A DNA stretch of 64,000 nt, from positions 288,001-352,000 of the forward strand of contig CAWJTV010000034.1 of the NCBI GenBank assembly GCA_963845755.1. The letters run 5' to 3'. Made by a program: the position numbers and the translations under genes. The notes below the pieces were generated by a model. That model was not told where the DNA came from and searched no databases. It saw only the letters and a program-made list of their open reading frames with translations. Shown here piece after piece: positions 41,571 through 52,783 of this stretch (position 1 is the first letter of the stretch; every line of letters starts with the position of its first letter). The DNA is from an uncultured Planctomycetota bacterium (GTDB lineage: Bacteria; Planctomycetota; Planctomycetia; Isosphaerales; Isosphaeraceae).

Positions 41571-42851
41571 ATGCGCGTGTTCGGCTTTCGATTGCCGTTC
41601 TTCGTCGCGGCGGTTTGGGTGAGTATAGGCTCGACGGTCTGGGCGCTCAGTTACGGGGCCAACCGGGTCGAGACGGTGTATACCTCTAGCCTCACTGTCC
41701 CCACGTCGTATGTGGTTTCCAGCTCGTGGGTGCAACCGGCCGCCTACGTGGTACCCCAGTATTATTCCACGGCATACCTGGCGGACCCGATCGCTGTGGT
41801 GCAACCGTCGTATGTCACCACGGCCTATGTCCGGCGAGGGCTCTTTGGCCGCCGTTGGCTGGTGGAACGGCCGCTTTATGCGCGTGATCTGGCGACCTCC
41901 TACTACGTCCCCACATCCTACTATCGGACGACCTCGTACATCCCGACCGTCTCGACCAATTCGGTGGTCTGGCCCAGTGAGTATGTTGGGTCGGCCGATT
42001 GTGTCTGTCCGGGGCTGGTGGCTTCGGCCGCATCGCCGGTCGTGAAAGCGCAGTCGAGCGCGACCGCACCCCGCACCGACGGCGGATCGCAGACCATCGA
42101 GAGCAAGCCGGCCGAGGAGCCGGCGATGGACTCGAATGTCGGGCCTGCCCCCGGGGTCACCGATAACACGCCACCGGCGCCTACCGCTGTCCGGCAGGAG
42201 ACCCAGCCCGGAGCGGAGCCGACAAGACCAGCCGCCGGGACTCCCACCGTCCAGCCGAACCCGAACTCGAGCACGACTTCGCCGGTTCGGCCGGCCCCGG
42301 CCGCCGGCTCACAAGGCGGTACGCCGAAGGGCCAATCCGGTGCGACGGAGGCACAGGGGAAAAATGCCACGGGCGCCGGAAGCCCGACCGGGACTTCGCA
42401 GGTTCCGACCTCGCCGTTGAATAACAATCTCGGTGTCCCGACAGCCCCGGATGGGGGTCCCCCGGTCACCCTACCGCCGGACCCCGGACCCTTGAACAAT
42501 ACACCGACCGGCGAAGGCCGGTACGAGGCGCGGAGGCCGGTCTTCTCGACCCCGGCCATCCGGCCTGAATTCCCCAACGTCCTCCAGGGATTTGTCCAGT
42601 CGAGGGCGGGCGGCCAGCGAGAAGAAGGGGTTCGCGTGAGCATCAGCGATCCCCTCAATCCAACACGCGAGAAGACCACCGTGACCGACGCGTTCGGCAG
42701 GTTCGCGATCAAGCTGACCGATGGAAATTGGACCGTGAACGTGACCATGCCCAGCGGTCGAGTCTACGCGGTCAGCCAGGTCCACGTCAGCAACGGACTG
42801 GTCAGCGATACCCAGGGACGCCGGGTCCCCAGGCTGGAGATCACACGCTGA
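41571..42851 (+). CDS. Exported protein: Tyr/Thr/Ser-rich N-terminus, Pro/Thr linker, carboxypeptidase-regulatory-like C-terminal domain
   Basis: Signal-peptide-like start; repeated PTSY-like units; TDAFGRFAI. Confidence 0.75.
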   Translation: MRVFGFRLPFFVAAVWVSIGSTVWALSYGANRVETVYTSSLTVPTSYVVSSSWVQPAAYVVPQYYSTAYLADPIAVVQPSYVTTAYVRRGLFGRRWLVERPLYARDLATSYYVPTSYYRTTSYIPTVSTNSVVWPSEYVGSADCVCPGLVASAASPVVKAQSSATAPRTDGGSQTIESKPAEEPAMDSNVGPAPGVTDNTPPAPTAVRQETQPGAEPTRPAAGTPTVQPNPNSSTTSPVRPAPAAGSQGGTPKGQSGATEAQGKNATGAGSPTGTSQVPTSPLNNNLGVPTAPDGGPPVTLPPDPGPLNNTPTGEGRYEARRPVFSTPAIRPEFPNVLQGFVQSRAGGQREEGVRVSISDPLNPTREKTTVTDAFGRFAIKLTDGNWTVNVTMPSGRVYAVSQVHVSNGLVSDTQGRRVPRLEITR

Positions 42852-42994
42852 TTCTCCCGTAGGCTCCCGCGCGGCGTCAGGTCGTGACGGCTCGCATCCC
42901 GCTCGTCTGGTCGGTCGGTCGGGGTCGAGCCGTCGTCACGAGATCGGTTGACAATCCGTTGCCTGGACTTCCGGGCAGAACAGGAGTCTTACCG

Positions 42995-43252
42995 ATGGAC
43001 GAGGTCCGCGAAATCCGACTATGTGACGTCTCCAACGAACTCGAAGCCGCCATGGTGGTCAACTTGCTCAACGAGGACAAGATCCCCGCCCGGAGCGACG
43101 CCAACCAGGCCATGAACATCTTCGGCGGGCTCCCCTTCGAGCCCGGCCACACCATCTTCGTCCCGGCATCGATGGCGCACAAGGCGCGTGAGATCCTCAG
43201 CCGCTATCCTCACTTCCACAATCTTCGAAACGTCCACGAGCCGGGGCATTGA
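42995..43252 (+). CDS. DUF2007-like small protein
   Basis: NELEAAMVVNLLNEDKIPA...IFVP...KAREIL; AGGAG RBS. Confidence 0.75.
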   Translation: MDEVREIRLCDVSNELEAAMVVNLLNEDKIPARSDANQAMNIFGGLPFEPGHTIFVPASMAHKAREILSRYPHFHNLRNVHEPGH

Positions 43253-43258
43253 GACGAT

Positions 43259-44441
43259 TTGACCACGACGAACCAAGCCCCCTCCGCGGAACGGCCGGTG
43301 CGGGTCTGTTATGTGGTGAGCTACTTCCATCCGTTCGCCAGCGGCGCGGAAGGACAGGCGCTGGCCCAGGGCCTGGAGCTGGCGCGGCGCGGTCATGAAG
43401 TCCATGTGGTGACCCGGGCCGTGCCGGGCTATCCGATCGATGATGAGGACTATCACGGGGTTTTCATCCACCGCTGGATCCGAACGGCGGCGGCTGGGCC
43501 CCTGTTCGGATTGAGCTTCGTAGCGGGCGTGATCTCGGCGCCGCGGCGCCTTCGTGCCGAGGTTGACGTGATCCACACCCATCAGGGGCTCTGGGAGGCG
43601 GTGGCGACCGGCCTGGCGCATCCGCTGCTCCTCGGCAGGCCAACCCTGGTACAACCGGCCAGCTCGGGGTACTACGGGGAGGCCGACGAGCTTCGCCGCA
43701 CGCGCGGGGCCGGGATTCTCCGTCGCGCCATCCTGGCCAACACGGCGTTCGCGGCGATCTCCGTCGAGATCGAGCACCAGTGGCGTGCGCTGGGTGTCGC
43801 GGACCGGCGGATGACCCGGATGGTCAGCGGGGTTGACGCCGAGCATTTCCGCCCGGGGACCAGTTCGGTCGAGGCCGGCTTGCTGCCGCGCCCCCGCGAT
43901 CTTTACCGGAAGGCTCCATCCCCAGAAGAATCTGCCGCTCTTGCTCGAGGCCTGGACCGAAGTCGCTCGGCGCACGCCGGCCAACCTCATCCTGGTGGGG
44001 CCTGGCAACGATCGGCAGCACCTGGCCGAACTGGCCGGGTCGCTGGGCATTGCCGACCGGGTCCAGTTCACCGGCGCCGTCGATGACCCGGCCGATTACC
44101 TCCGCGCGGGGGATGTCTTCGTCCTCCCGAGCGTGGCGGAGGGCATGAGCAATTCGCTCCTCGAAGCGATGGCCACGGCTCTGCCTTGCGTCGTTTCGGG
44201 GATTGCCGGCAACACGGACCTCATCGCCGACTCCAAGGCCGGACGACTCGTCCAGAAGCCCACCGCGTCGGAATGGTTGACCATCCTCCTGGAGCTACTC
44301 GATAACCCGGACGAGGCCCGCCGGCTCGGAATCGCCGCCCGCAGACGGATCGAGGAGGAGTTCGCCCTTCCCGTCGTGGTTGACCGCTACCTGGACCTCT
44401 ACCGGCGAATGATCGCCGGCACGTGGCCCGCGGCAGCATGA
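43259..44441 (+). CDS. GT4-family glycosyltransferase (frameshift near 43895)
   Basis: SGAEGQ, RGHEVHVVT, then FTGRLHPQKN, FVLPSVAEGMSNSLLEAMA. Confidence 0.9.
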
Positions 44442-44509
44442 GGTGAGGATGGATCAAGAGACATCCCGAACCGGGAATCCCTCATTCCGAATCCGTTCGT
44501 TTACGACGC

Positions 44510-45649
44510 TCACTCGACCGATGAGCCGACCGGCTCGATCGTTTCGACGAGGTTGTCGATCTTGCGGTTCTTCGGCTGGTACTTGAGCAGCGTCATCCCC
44601 ATCTTGAACTTGTCTTTCAAGGTCTTCTGGGAGAGGCACGTGTAGAGGCAAAGCCGATCGCATTCGACGGTCTGGCGACGGATTTCCTGGGCCTTGGGGC
44701 CATACCAGATCTCGCGTGCCGAGTTCTCCTTGATGTTGCCGATCGGCGGGTAAAAGAAGCAGACCTCGATGTCGCCGTTGGTCCGGATGAAGAAGTCGCG
44801 CATGCCGACTCGGCATGGCATCACATCCTTCGGGCGCTCTCCTCGCGGAAGTGCGGCACCAGGAGGGAGATGAGCAACTCCGAGTTGATGATCGGCTCGC
44901 CCTGCCGTTTCATGGCGAGCAACGTGTTGACGACCTTCTGAAGCTCATCGTGTTCGTCCGCTTCGATCCAAAGTTCGTCGTAGGTCTCCGGCGTCCAGCG
45001 GTCCATCGGTTGAAAGTTCATGCCCGTGGCGCCGATCTCCTTGGCCCACCGGACCATGTCCGGCAAGTACTGATAGTTCTTCTTGCCGACCGTCGGCTTG
45101 ACGAGGATCGGGAAATCGATCCCCTGTTTGCCCTGCTCTTCCCGGACGTACTTGATGCCGTCGCTGAGCTTCTGGAACAAGCCGGGCCATCCGCGCAGGT
45201 AGTCGTGCAACTCGGCGAACGGCGCGTTGACCGACACGTTGAGACTCCACGGACGCGATGCGACGTAGTGCGCGGCATTTTTCTTGTTCAGCGCCGAGCC
45301 GTTGGTCGTCACTCCCGCGTGAATCCCATTCCGATGGCAGAACTCGATCAGGTCGAGGAATCCCGGCTTGATGAACGGCTCGCCGCCGCTGAAGCTGATC
45401 GAGAAAGTTCCCACGAATTCTTTGACGCTCAACAGCGCCTTCTGCCACTCCTCGATCGACATCTCGTCCTTGTACTTCGGCAGCCGCCAGTACTCGCAGT
45501 AGCGGCACTTGACGTTGCACCGCTCGTTCACGAGCCCGTAGAACGTGATCGGTCTCGTGATGTCCTTGCCGGAATGGATGTAAAGTTCTTCTGCGAAGTG
45601 ATTATAAGTATGTTTGATGCGCCAGTTGGGCGAGTGTGGCGACTTTCAT
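44510..45649 (-). CDS. Radical SAM protein with SPASM/twitch-like C-terminus (frameshifts near 45620 and 44825)
   Basis: CNVKCRYC, FSGGEP, TTNG; C-terminal CRVG...GDIEVC...IGNI...CDRLCLYTC. Confidence 0.88.
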
Positions 45650-46016
45650 GGAGGGTCTCCGGTGTAGAAGCGAAGGAATTCGAGCAAATCGACAGGTGTT
45701 CACACAATGGGTATGTTCAAACCATTTGATATAACGTGCCGACGTTTCCCGGGTATCTTCACAATGTCACACGCTAAATCGTGGTTTGTCGCCCCCGGTT
45801 TGTCAAGAGACGGGCGTATTTTCCACCCGGTCGAGTATTCGGGACGCCCTGGCCGCAAGACTCGGACGATCCGGGCCGACTCGCGCGGAATCCCGCTCGA
45901 GGGACGCGGTCGACTGCGACCCGATCGCAGGCGCGTCGAGTCCGGGCGATCCCCCGACCATCGCGATGACTGGGAGGGCTTCCTCGTGGCGGACGAGGAT
46001 GTTTCGCGACGTAGGA

Positions 46017-47079
46017 TCATGCGCTGGCCCCGAGTCGCCGGCGAATGGTCGCGGCATCCACGGGGCGGATGACTCCTTTCTCGGTGATGATGCCGGCGAT
46101 CAGTTCCGCGGGGGTGACGTCGAAGGCGGGGTTGTAGACTTCAACGTCGTCGGGCGCGGTCTGACGCCCGAAACCGTGGGTGACTTCGCGCGGGTCGCGT
46201 TGTTCGATCGGAATGGCCGAACCGTCGGGGATGGACAGGTCGAAGGTGCTCGATGGGGCGGCGACGTAGAAAGGGATGGCGTGGGCGCGGGCCAGGACCG
46301 CGACTCCGTAGGTGCCGATCTTGTTGGCCGTATCGCCGTTGGCGGCGATCCGATCGGCCCCGACGACCACCATCTGGATCTTCCCCTCCCGCATGACCTG
46401 TGCGGCCATGTTGTCGCAGATCAAGGTGACCGGAATGCCGCGCCGTTTCAGCTCCCAGGCGGTGAGCCGGGCGCCCTGGAGGAGTGGCCGGGTTTCATCG
46501 GCGTAGACACGCACGTGAGTCCCTTGCTCGTGGGCCGAGAAGATGACCGCGAGGGCCGTCCCATACTCGGACGTCGCCAGGCCGCCGGCATTGCAGTGGG
46601 TCAGGATTCCCTGGCCCGATTCGATCAGGCCCGCGCCGTGACGGCCGATTGCCCGGCACATGAGGCGGTCTTCCTCATCGATCTGTCGCGCCTCGGCGAG
46701 CAGCCGCTCCAGTAAGGCCCGGCCGCTACTTTCGCCCGCGGCCGCGGCGTTCATGCGATCCAGGGCCCAGAAGAGATTGACGGCCGTCGGCCGACTGGTG
46801 CGAAGGTTCTCCGTTGCCTCCTCGACGCGCACTTCGCACCGACTCCGCGGCGTCCCAGCCCCTCGACTTGGCCCCGATCACGGCCCCGTAGGCCGCCGCC
46901 ACGCCGATCGCCGGCGCCCCGCGGACCCGCAACGACTTGATCGCCTCCCAGACGGTCTCGACATCGTGACAGTCCATCTCGACGTACTCGGTCGGCAACC
47001 GTGTCTGGTCGATTAGCCGGAGGAAACCCGAGGTGGCATCCCCGATCCATCGGACCGTCTGAAGCTGGTTCTCGATCAT
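46017..47079 (-). CDS. mtnA: S-methyl-5-thioribose-1-phosphate isomerase (frameshift near 46835)
   Basis: [59 protein letters not shown]. Confidence 0.95.
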
Positions 47080-47513
47080 GAGTTCCTGGTCCTGGATTCG
47101 ATGCTGTCGAGCCCGTGCCGGCGCTCTCGGCTTGGTCCTGTCACTGCCCCTCCTGTCCCCGTAAAGTTGTCGGCTGACCTCTCAAACGAGCGACACTCAT
47201 CCCGCCGATAAGTCGAAGTCCCGCCCCGGGGAGTTGAGGCGTGGAACTCGGAAAAACGAGTCTCAGGTCGAGTCTCGTTTCGGTGGCGGCCCGCCTGGAG
47301 CCAGATCCTCGACGGCATTCCCGCTATTTTCCGCAGAAAGAACGGCCGGAAGTTCACTCCACGACCGGATCGATCGGCCCATGTGCCGCGAACGATCGAG
47401 TCATAGCTAGTCTAGCGTCTTTCGGCCGGCGGATTCGAGCCTGTTGCCGAGAATCAACACGGGTGTCTCGGCTCAACTCGATCCGATCACGACGGGAGGG
47501 CGACGCGGTCGGA

Positions 47514-47795
47514 TCAGGATTCCTCAGGATTGCGAAGGATCCGCCCCCCGGCGAAAGCGATCTCGGTGACGATCCAGCGTCCGGGTCCCTCATCGACGAC
47601 TTCGGCCTGAAATCCTTTGCCTTGAATCTGTTCCGGATCGAGATCCTGGTCCGTGAGCAGGAGCGTATAGGGGACGATCAGGAGCCGGGGCTGACCGGCT
47701 CCGACACCCTGAACTCGCAGCTGCATCTCGATCAGATCGCTCCCAGGCGGATTCTCTTCGAGCATTGCAGTTCGCACGATCCCTCGAATCCGCAT
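47514..47795 (-). CDS. Small hypothetical protein
   Basis: 93-aa ORF MRIRGIVRTAMLEENPPG...RWIVTEIAF with protein-like composition. Confidence 0.65.
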   Translation of the reverse strand: MRIRGIVRTAMLEENPPGSDLIEMQLRVQGVGAGQPRLLIVPYTLLLTDQDLDPEQIQGKGFQAEVVDEGPGRWIVTEIAFAGGRILRNPEES

Positions 47796-47977
47796 GGCAT
47801 TCTCCGGCAAGATCCGATCGACCCGCATGAACCGCGCATTGAAAGTGAAAAGACGAGGATGCATCACTCGACGATGGGGGAACACAGCCTACAATGAATG
47901 AGTAGTAGGGCTCTTGTCAAGCAAGAGCACGGCATGGTTTTTGCGATCTTTCAAATCGTTGAGGGATCGCGATTGTT

Positions 47978-48880
47978 GTGATCCGTGAAGTCAGATTGCA
48001 GACGCCTTCTGAGATGTTACACCTAGCGACATTTGCGCGTCTTGACGCTCCGATCGTCTTGGCCCATGGGCTGGGCGGATACGCCCGGATCGGGGTGGGC
48101 CGGTGGACGTTCGCGACCTATTTTCGGGGGATTCCCGAGGCCATGCGGGCGTCGGGTAACCGGGTGTTGGTCACCCGCGTGCCCCCGATCGCCGGCGTCG
48201 AGATGCGGTCACGCCGGTTGGGAGAGCAGATCAAGCGCGTTTTCGGCGACGAGCCAGTTCACCTGATCGGCCACAGCATGGGTGGTCTCGACGCGCGGCG
48301 GCTGGTGGCGGATCCCGCATGGCAGAAGCGGGTCTTGAGCCTGACGACAATCGGGACGCCGCATCTGGGAAGCTCCCTGGCCGACTTCGCCAAGCTCCGC
48401 GTCGGCCGGATCTACGATCTACTGGCCGCCATGGGGATCGATCCCCAAGGGTGCCTCGATGTCACGCGTGGCATGGCGCGCCGTTTCCACGATAAGAATC
48501 CGATGCCCACCGGGTTCCCGTGTTTCTGCGTTGCGGGGGATCCGACGGTGGATGCAGTCTGCTGGCCACTGCGGCGCCTCCATGCCGTTCTCGGGGAGAT
48601 GGAAGGTCCCAATGACGGCCTGGTCTCAGTCGAGTCGGCCACTGCATTTGGTATCCCCCTCCCCGCATGGCCCGCCGACCACCTCCGGCAGTTGAACTGG
48701 CTGGCTTACGATCATTCGCCTGGCGTCGAGCCGTTGGAGCTCTACGCCCAGGTCGTCGCTCATCTCGCCTCCCTCGGTTTCGGCACGATTCCCGAACTCG
48801 AGAGCATCAATGGCACGCCACAAACCACCCTCCTGGTGCCGAGCCCATCGATTTCCAGGCCGACTTCGAAGGCGGGTTGA
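47978..48880 (+). CDS. Alpha/beta-hydrolase lipase/esterase
   Basis: AHGLGG oxyanion motif, GHSMG nucleophile, TPHLGS, NDGLV, DH. Confidence 0.9.
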   Translation: MIREVRLQTPSEMLHLATFARLDAPIVLAHGLGGYARIGVGRWTFATYFRGIPEAMRASGNRVLVTRVPPIAGVEMRSRRLGEQIKRVFGDEPVHLIGHSMGGLDARRLVADPAWQKRVLSLTTIGTPHLGSSLADFAKLRVGRIYDLLAAMGIDPQGCLDVTRGMARRFHDKNPMPTGFPCFCVAGDPTVDAVCWPLRRLHAVLGEMEGPNDGLVSVESATAFGIPLPAWPADHLRQLNWLAYDHSPGVEPLELYAQVVAHLASLGFGTIPELESINGTPQTTLLVPSPSISRPTSKAG

Positions 48881-48965
48881 CCTCGCCCCACTTGCCCGAT
48901 CCGGACTCGCGCGGTCTACTCAGGGTGCACTTGACACCCCGACCCAGGTTCGGAGTCGCTAAGCC

Positions 48966-50492
48966 ATGCCCGCCGAACGCGATTGGTCCCGTCGTGAGGT
49001 CCTCAAGGTGGCCGCCACGGCAGGCCTGGCACCTGCCCTGAGCCAAAATGTCGCACGACCCGAGAGGGTGACCACCTCCGATCCCGAGCGGATCCGTCGC
49101 GAGAACGAGCACGCCGGCACGCGCGACTGGATGACGACGAACGTCCGGGTCGACCCCAAGACCCGGTATCGGAGCCCCTGGATCGAGGGCTATGCCTCGC
49201 GGACCAGTGTCCGGCCGGGTGAAACGATCGCGATCCATGTCAGCACGAATCCGCGGTCGCCGTTCAATCTTGAAATCTACCGGATGGGCTATTACCAGGG
49301 TCATGGCGGGCGGCTGATCCAGAAACTCGGGCCGTTCAAGGGCACGGTCCAGCCCGATCCGCCGATCGGCCCCAAGCGCTTGCGCGAATGTGCCTGGGAA
49401 CCGAGTACGACGATCACGATTCCCCCCGACTGGACCAGCGGCGTCTACCTGGGGAAGCTCACCGCGGAGCGCGAAGGGCTCCAGAGTTACGTCGTCTTCG
49501 TGGTCCGCGACGATCGCCGGGCCGACTTCCTGTTCCAGGTCTCGGACACGACCTGGAACGCGTACAACCGTTGGCCCAGCCAGTTCGCGCTCTACGACGA
49601 CGGCAAGAAGGAGTGGTACTGGGGACCGAACGTCCAGACGAGCTTCGACCGGCCTTACGGCAAGTATTGCCAGATCTTCGACGCACCCTTGTCGGTCGGC
49701 TCGGGCGAGTTCCTCCTCTGGGAATTCCCGCTGGCCTACTGGATGGAGCAGCACGGCTACGACCTGACCTACATCTCGAACCTCGACACCCACGCCGATC
49801 CGGACGGGTTGCTACGGGCCAAGGGCTGGCTGTCGGTCGGCCACGATGAATACTGGTCGCTGGCGATGTTCGACACGATGAAGCGGATGGTCGCCGCGGG
49901 GTTAAACCTGGCGTTCCTGTCGGGGAATAGCATCTGCGGCGTGATCGACATCCACGCCGCGAGCGACGGCCGACCCAACCGGATCATCGAGCGCGTGGGG
50001 CGGTATGGCTCGCCCCAGAAGGAAGAGTTGAAGGATTTTCCCGAAGAAGCGCTCTTCACCAAGAACGGCCCGAACGAAGCGACCTTGATGGGCGCCCAGA
50101 GCACGTACCCCGTGACCGGCGGCGGCGACTGGACTTGCCGCAAGCCGGACCACTGGCTCTTCGCCGGGTCCGGCATGAAGGAAGGCGACGGCATTCCGGG
50201 ACTCGTCGGCTGGGAGTGGCATGGCGCGCCGGCACCGATCCCGGGGCTGGAGATCGTCGCCAGCGGGATTGCGAAGAGCCCCCGTGGCCAGGGGACCTAC
50301 ACCGCGACCATCTACCCCGGCCCGAAAGGGAACTTCGTCTTCAATGCGGCGACGATCTGGTGGGCCGATGGCCTCTCGGAACCGCCGGGTTACGTGCGCC
50401 CGGCCGTCTATACCCGTCCCCAGGGTCCGGACCGGCGCGTCCAGCAGATCACCCGGAACTTGCTCGATCGAATGCGGGACATTAAGCTCTGA
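48966..50492 (+). CDS. Tat-exported N,N-dimethylformamidase beta-subunit-like protein
   Basis: SRREVLK Tat motif; IEGYASRTS, IYRMGYY, SGVYLGKL, TWNAYNRW, SFDRPY, GHDEYWS. Confidence 0.82.
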   Translation: MPAERDWSRREVLKVAATAGLAPALSQNVARPERVTTSDPERIRRENEHAGTRDWMTTNVRVDPKTRYRSPWIEGYASRTSVRPGETIAIHVSTNPRSPFNLEIYRMGYYQGHGGRLIQKLGPFKGTVQPDPPIGPKRLRECAWEPSTTITIPPDWTSGVYLGKLTAEREGLQSYVVFVVRDDRRADFLFQVSDTTWNAYNRWPSQFALYDDGKKEWYWGPNVQTSFDRPYGKYCQIFDAPLSVGSGEFLLWEFPLAYWMEQHGYDLTYISNLDTHADPDGLLRAKGWLSVGHDEYWSLAMFDTMKRMVAAGLNLAFLSGNSICGVIDIHAASDGRPNRIIERVGRYGSPQKEELKDFPEEALFTKNGPNEATLMGAQSTYPVTGGGDWTCRKPDHWLFAGSGMKEGDGIPGLVGWEWHGAPAPIPGLEIVASGIAKSPRGQGTYTATIYPGPKGNFVFNAATIWWADGLSEPPGYVRPAVYTRPQGPDRRVQQITRNLLDRMRDIKL

Positions 50493-50547
50493 AGGCTGCG
50501 GGCCCAGGGTCGGATTGACACATCGTTCAAAGCCAGAGGAGATATCG

Positions 50548-50997
50548 ATGCGACGGACACTGATCATCGCCCTCGCGCTGCTGGCCGGCTTCTCGGTCAA
50601 GAGCGGACCGGCACGCTCCGACGAACCGAAGAAGCCACAACCGGAGGCCGCGCTGGTCGGCACCTGGAAATTGGTCTCGGCGAAGTACGGCGAACAGGAA
50701 TTCAAGTTTCCGGAAGGAACCAGCATGGTCAAACACATCACCCCGACGCATTTCATGTGGGTGACCTACGACGAAGAGGGCAAGGTGGCGAGAGCCGCGG
50801 GAGGACCTTACACCCTCAAGGGGGAGGAATACGTAGAAACGCCCGAATACGGCATCAGCCAGGACTTCGACATCATCAAGGGGAAAGCGCAGGCATTCAA
50901 ATGCAAGGTCGACGGGAACAAGTGGCACCATGACGGCCAGCTCAGCAATGGCCTGAAGATCGAGGAGATCTGGGAACGCGTCGAGAAGAAGGAGTGA
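50548..50997 (+). CDS. Exported hypothetical protein, lipocalin-like
   Basis: Signal peptide, LVGTWKLVS, terminal EIWERV; GAGGAG RBS. Confidence 0.8.
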   Translation: MRRTLIIALALLAGFSVKSGPARSDEPKKPQPEAALVGTWKLVSAKYGEQEFKFPEGTSMVKHITPTHFMWVTYDEEGKVARAAGGPYTLKGEEYVETPEYGISQDFDIIKGKAQAFKCKVDGNKWHHDGQLSNGLKIEEIWERVEKKE

Positions 50998-51080
50998 ACC
51001 GGAAAGCCTGCCGGTTGCCCTCATGACCAACGAACATCTCCTTGATGCAAGCAATCGAGGGAATTCACCGGCCCTGGCGA

Positions 51081-51894
51081 TCACTTCGAAATCCAGGGCC
51101 TGATCGGCCGTGATCCCCTCACCTCCGGCGATGGTGCACAAGGCCCGCAGATTCTCTGGCGTGATCGATTGGCGGGCGAATGGCGTGCTCCCGTCGGCGA
51201 GGCCGAGATTGGCGCCGCCGGGGTGCTTGCTAGAAATCCCCGGGCGTTGCGGGTCGTTCACCCGGAGGCTCATCGTGAGCACGTCGAGGTCCCGAGGGGC
51301 CGTCCAGGGGATCCTCACATTCGCGACCTCGCCTACGATCAGGGTGTTGGATGTCCCGTCCGTGATGTCTTCGATCCGGGTAGACCGCTGAGCCGGGAAG
51401 ATCGTGCCCGGGCCGGTCACGGCCACGTAGCTGGTCAGGGTCGTGGTGGAGTCATGCCAGCTCGGACAGACATAGATGGTCGGGATGCGGTTGAGGAGCT
51501 TGATGTTATTGGGGCCGTCCCAGGGCTCGTTGAAGTTGTACTGGTTGTAGAGATCCGATCGTTCCAGCCAGGGCAGGATCAGCACGCGCAACTATGCATC
51601 GGCTTGCCGCTCGCGTCGGCGATGTAGGCCGGCGGGAAAGACCCGTACGTCGAATGGTAGTTGTCGAGGGCCAGCTTGATCCCGCAGAAGTTGCAGGTGC
51701 ACTGGGATCGCCGCGCGGCCTCCCGGGCGCTCCGGACCGCCGGCACAACCAGGGCGGCACAAGACAGCCACGCAAGAGAGAGCGATGGCGATCTCGAAGA
51801 CCCTGGTGCGGCTGATCCATTGTCGCCGACCCCGACCGTCCGTTTTCGTGAGGGCCGAAGGCACATCGCCTTCAAAGTCCGGGTCCAGGTTCAT
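51081..51894 (-). CDS. DUF1559 pilin-like protein (frameshifts near 51760 and 51590; 3' end approximate)
   Basis: [49 protein letters not shown]-x9-DG motif [12 protein letters not shown]. Confidence 0.82.
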
Positions 51895-51926
51895 GATCGG
51901 GCCTCCGTCGGATGATCAACCGATTC

Positions 51927-52700
51927 TCAGCGTGACGGCGCCGGCGGCGTGTCGATCACCTTGGCGCCGAACGAGTGAGGATCACTCGGCAGCGGCTCGC
52001 CGTCGGCGATCGTCAGCATCGCCCGAAGCGTCGCCGGCGAAAGATGGTCAGGGAGTTCGAGGACATGCCCCGTTCCGAGCAGCGCCCGGGCGCCGCTGAT
52101 CTGACTCCCGGGTCCGCGCCCCGAACCGTCGTTGACGCCGAAGCTCATCCGGTCGAATTGCAGGTCTTCCGGCTTCATCCAGGGGATTCCCGCATCGGCC
52201 ATCTCGACCACCAGGACGGTCCGATTCGCGCCGTCGCGGAGATCCTGCTTCGATCGCGTCGCTGCTCCGGGCCAGGCCGTCTCGGGGCCGACCACCGCGA
52301 CGAATGTGGTCTGTTGCGACCCGCCCGCATCCAACCCTCGGCGACGATAATAGTCGCCGATCCGACCGGCGAGCTGGGCGTTGTGAGGACCATCCCAGGG
52401 CTCGTCGAACCGATAGGCTTTGTACAGCTCCGAGTAAGGATGAGGCGCGTTCTTCAAGATCAGCACCCTCCAGCTATGCCAGGGCGTGCCGTCGAGGCCG
52501 AGCACATAAGCGGGCGGGTAGCAACCCCATTCCGAGTGATAGCTGGCAACTGCCAGCCCGATCTGACTGAGGTTTCAGGTGATCCCTGCGCGTTGCGCCG
52601 ACTGCCGGGCCCCGCGCACGGCCGGCCAGAGCAAGACGCCGATCGTCGCGAGGCTCGCGGCCAGGATCAACGGAAATCGAAGCGATCGGTGGATACTCAT
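51927..52700 (-). CDS. DUF1559 pilin-like protein (frameshift near 52580)
   Basis: LLWPAVRGARQSAQRA, NLSQIGLA, HSWRVLIL, EPWDGPHN, DGANRT, PWMKPED. Confidence 0.8.
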
Positions 52701-52783
52701 CGGTCTTCGGTGGCGAAAGGTCATGGTCTCTCGGGACGTGTGCGAGAGCAATCCCCCATTGGATTCTATGAGGATACCTGATC

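Noticed and set aside
47080..47300. Possible SAM riboswitch upstream of mtnA, including the hairpin at 47254-47280
   Set aside because: SAM-I core elements could not be found on the minus strand; one hairpin is not enough
50527..51080. C-terminal extension of the DUF1559 ORF overlapping the opposite-strand gene
   Set aside because: Probably a missed stop from an indel near 51090; the plus-strand gene 50548-50997 is more convincing
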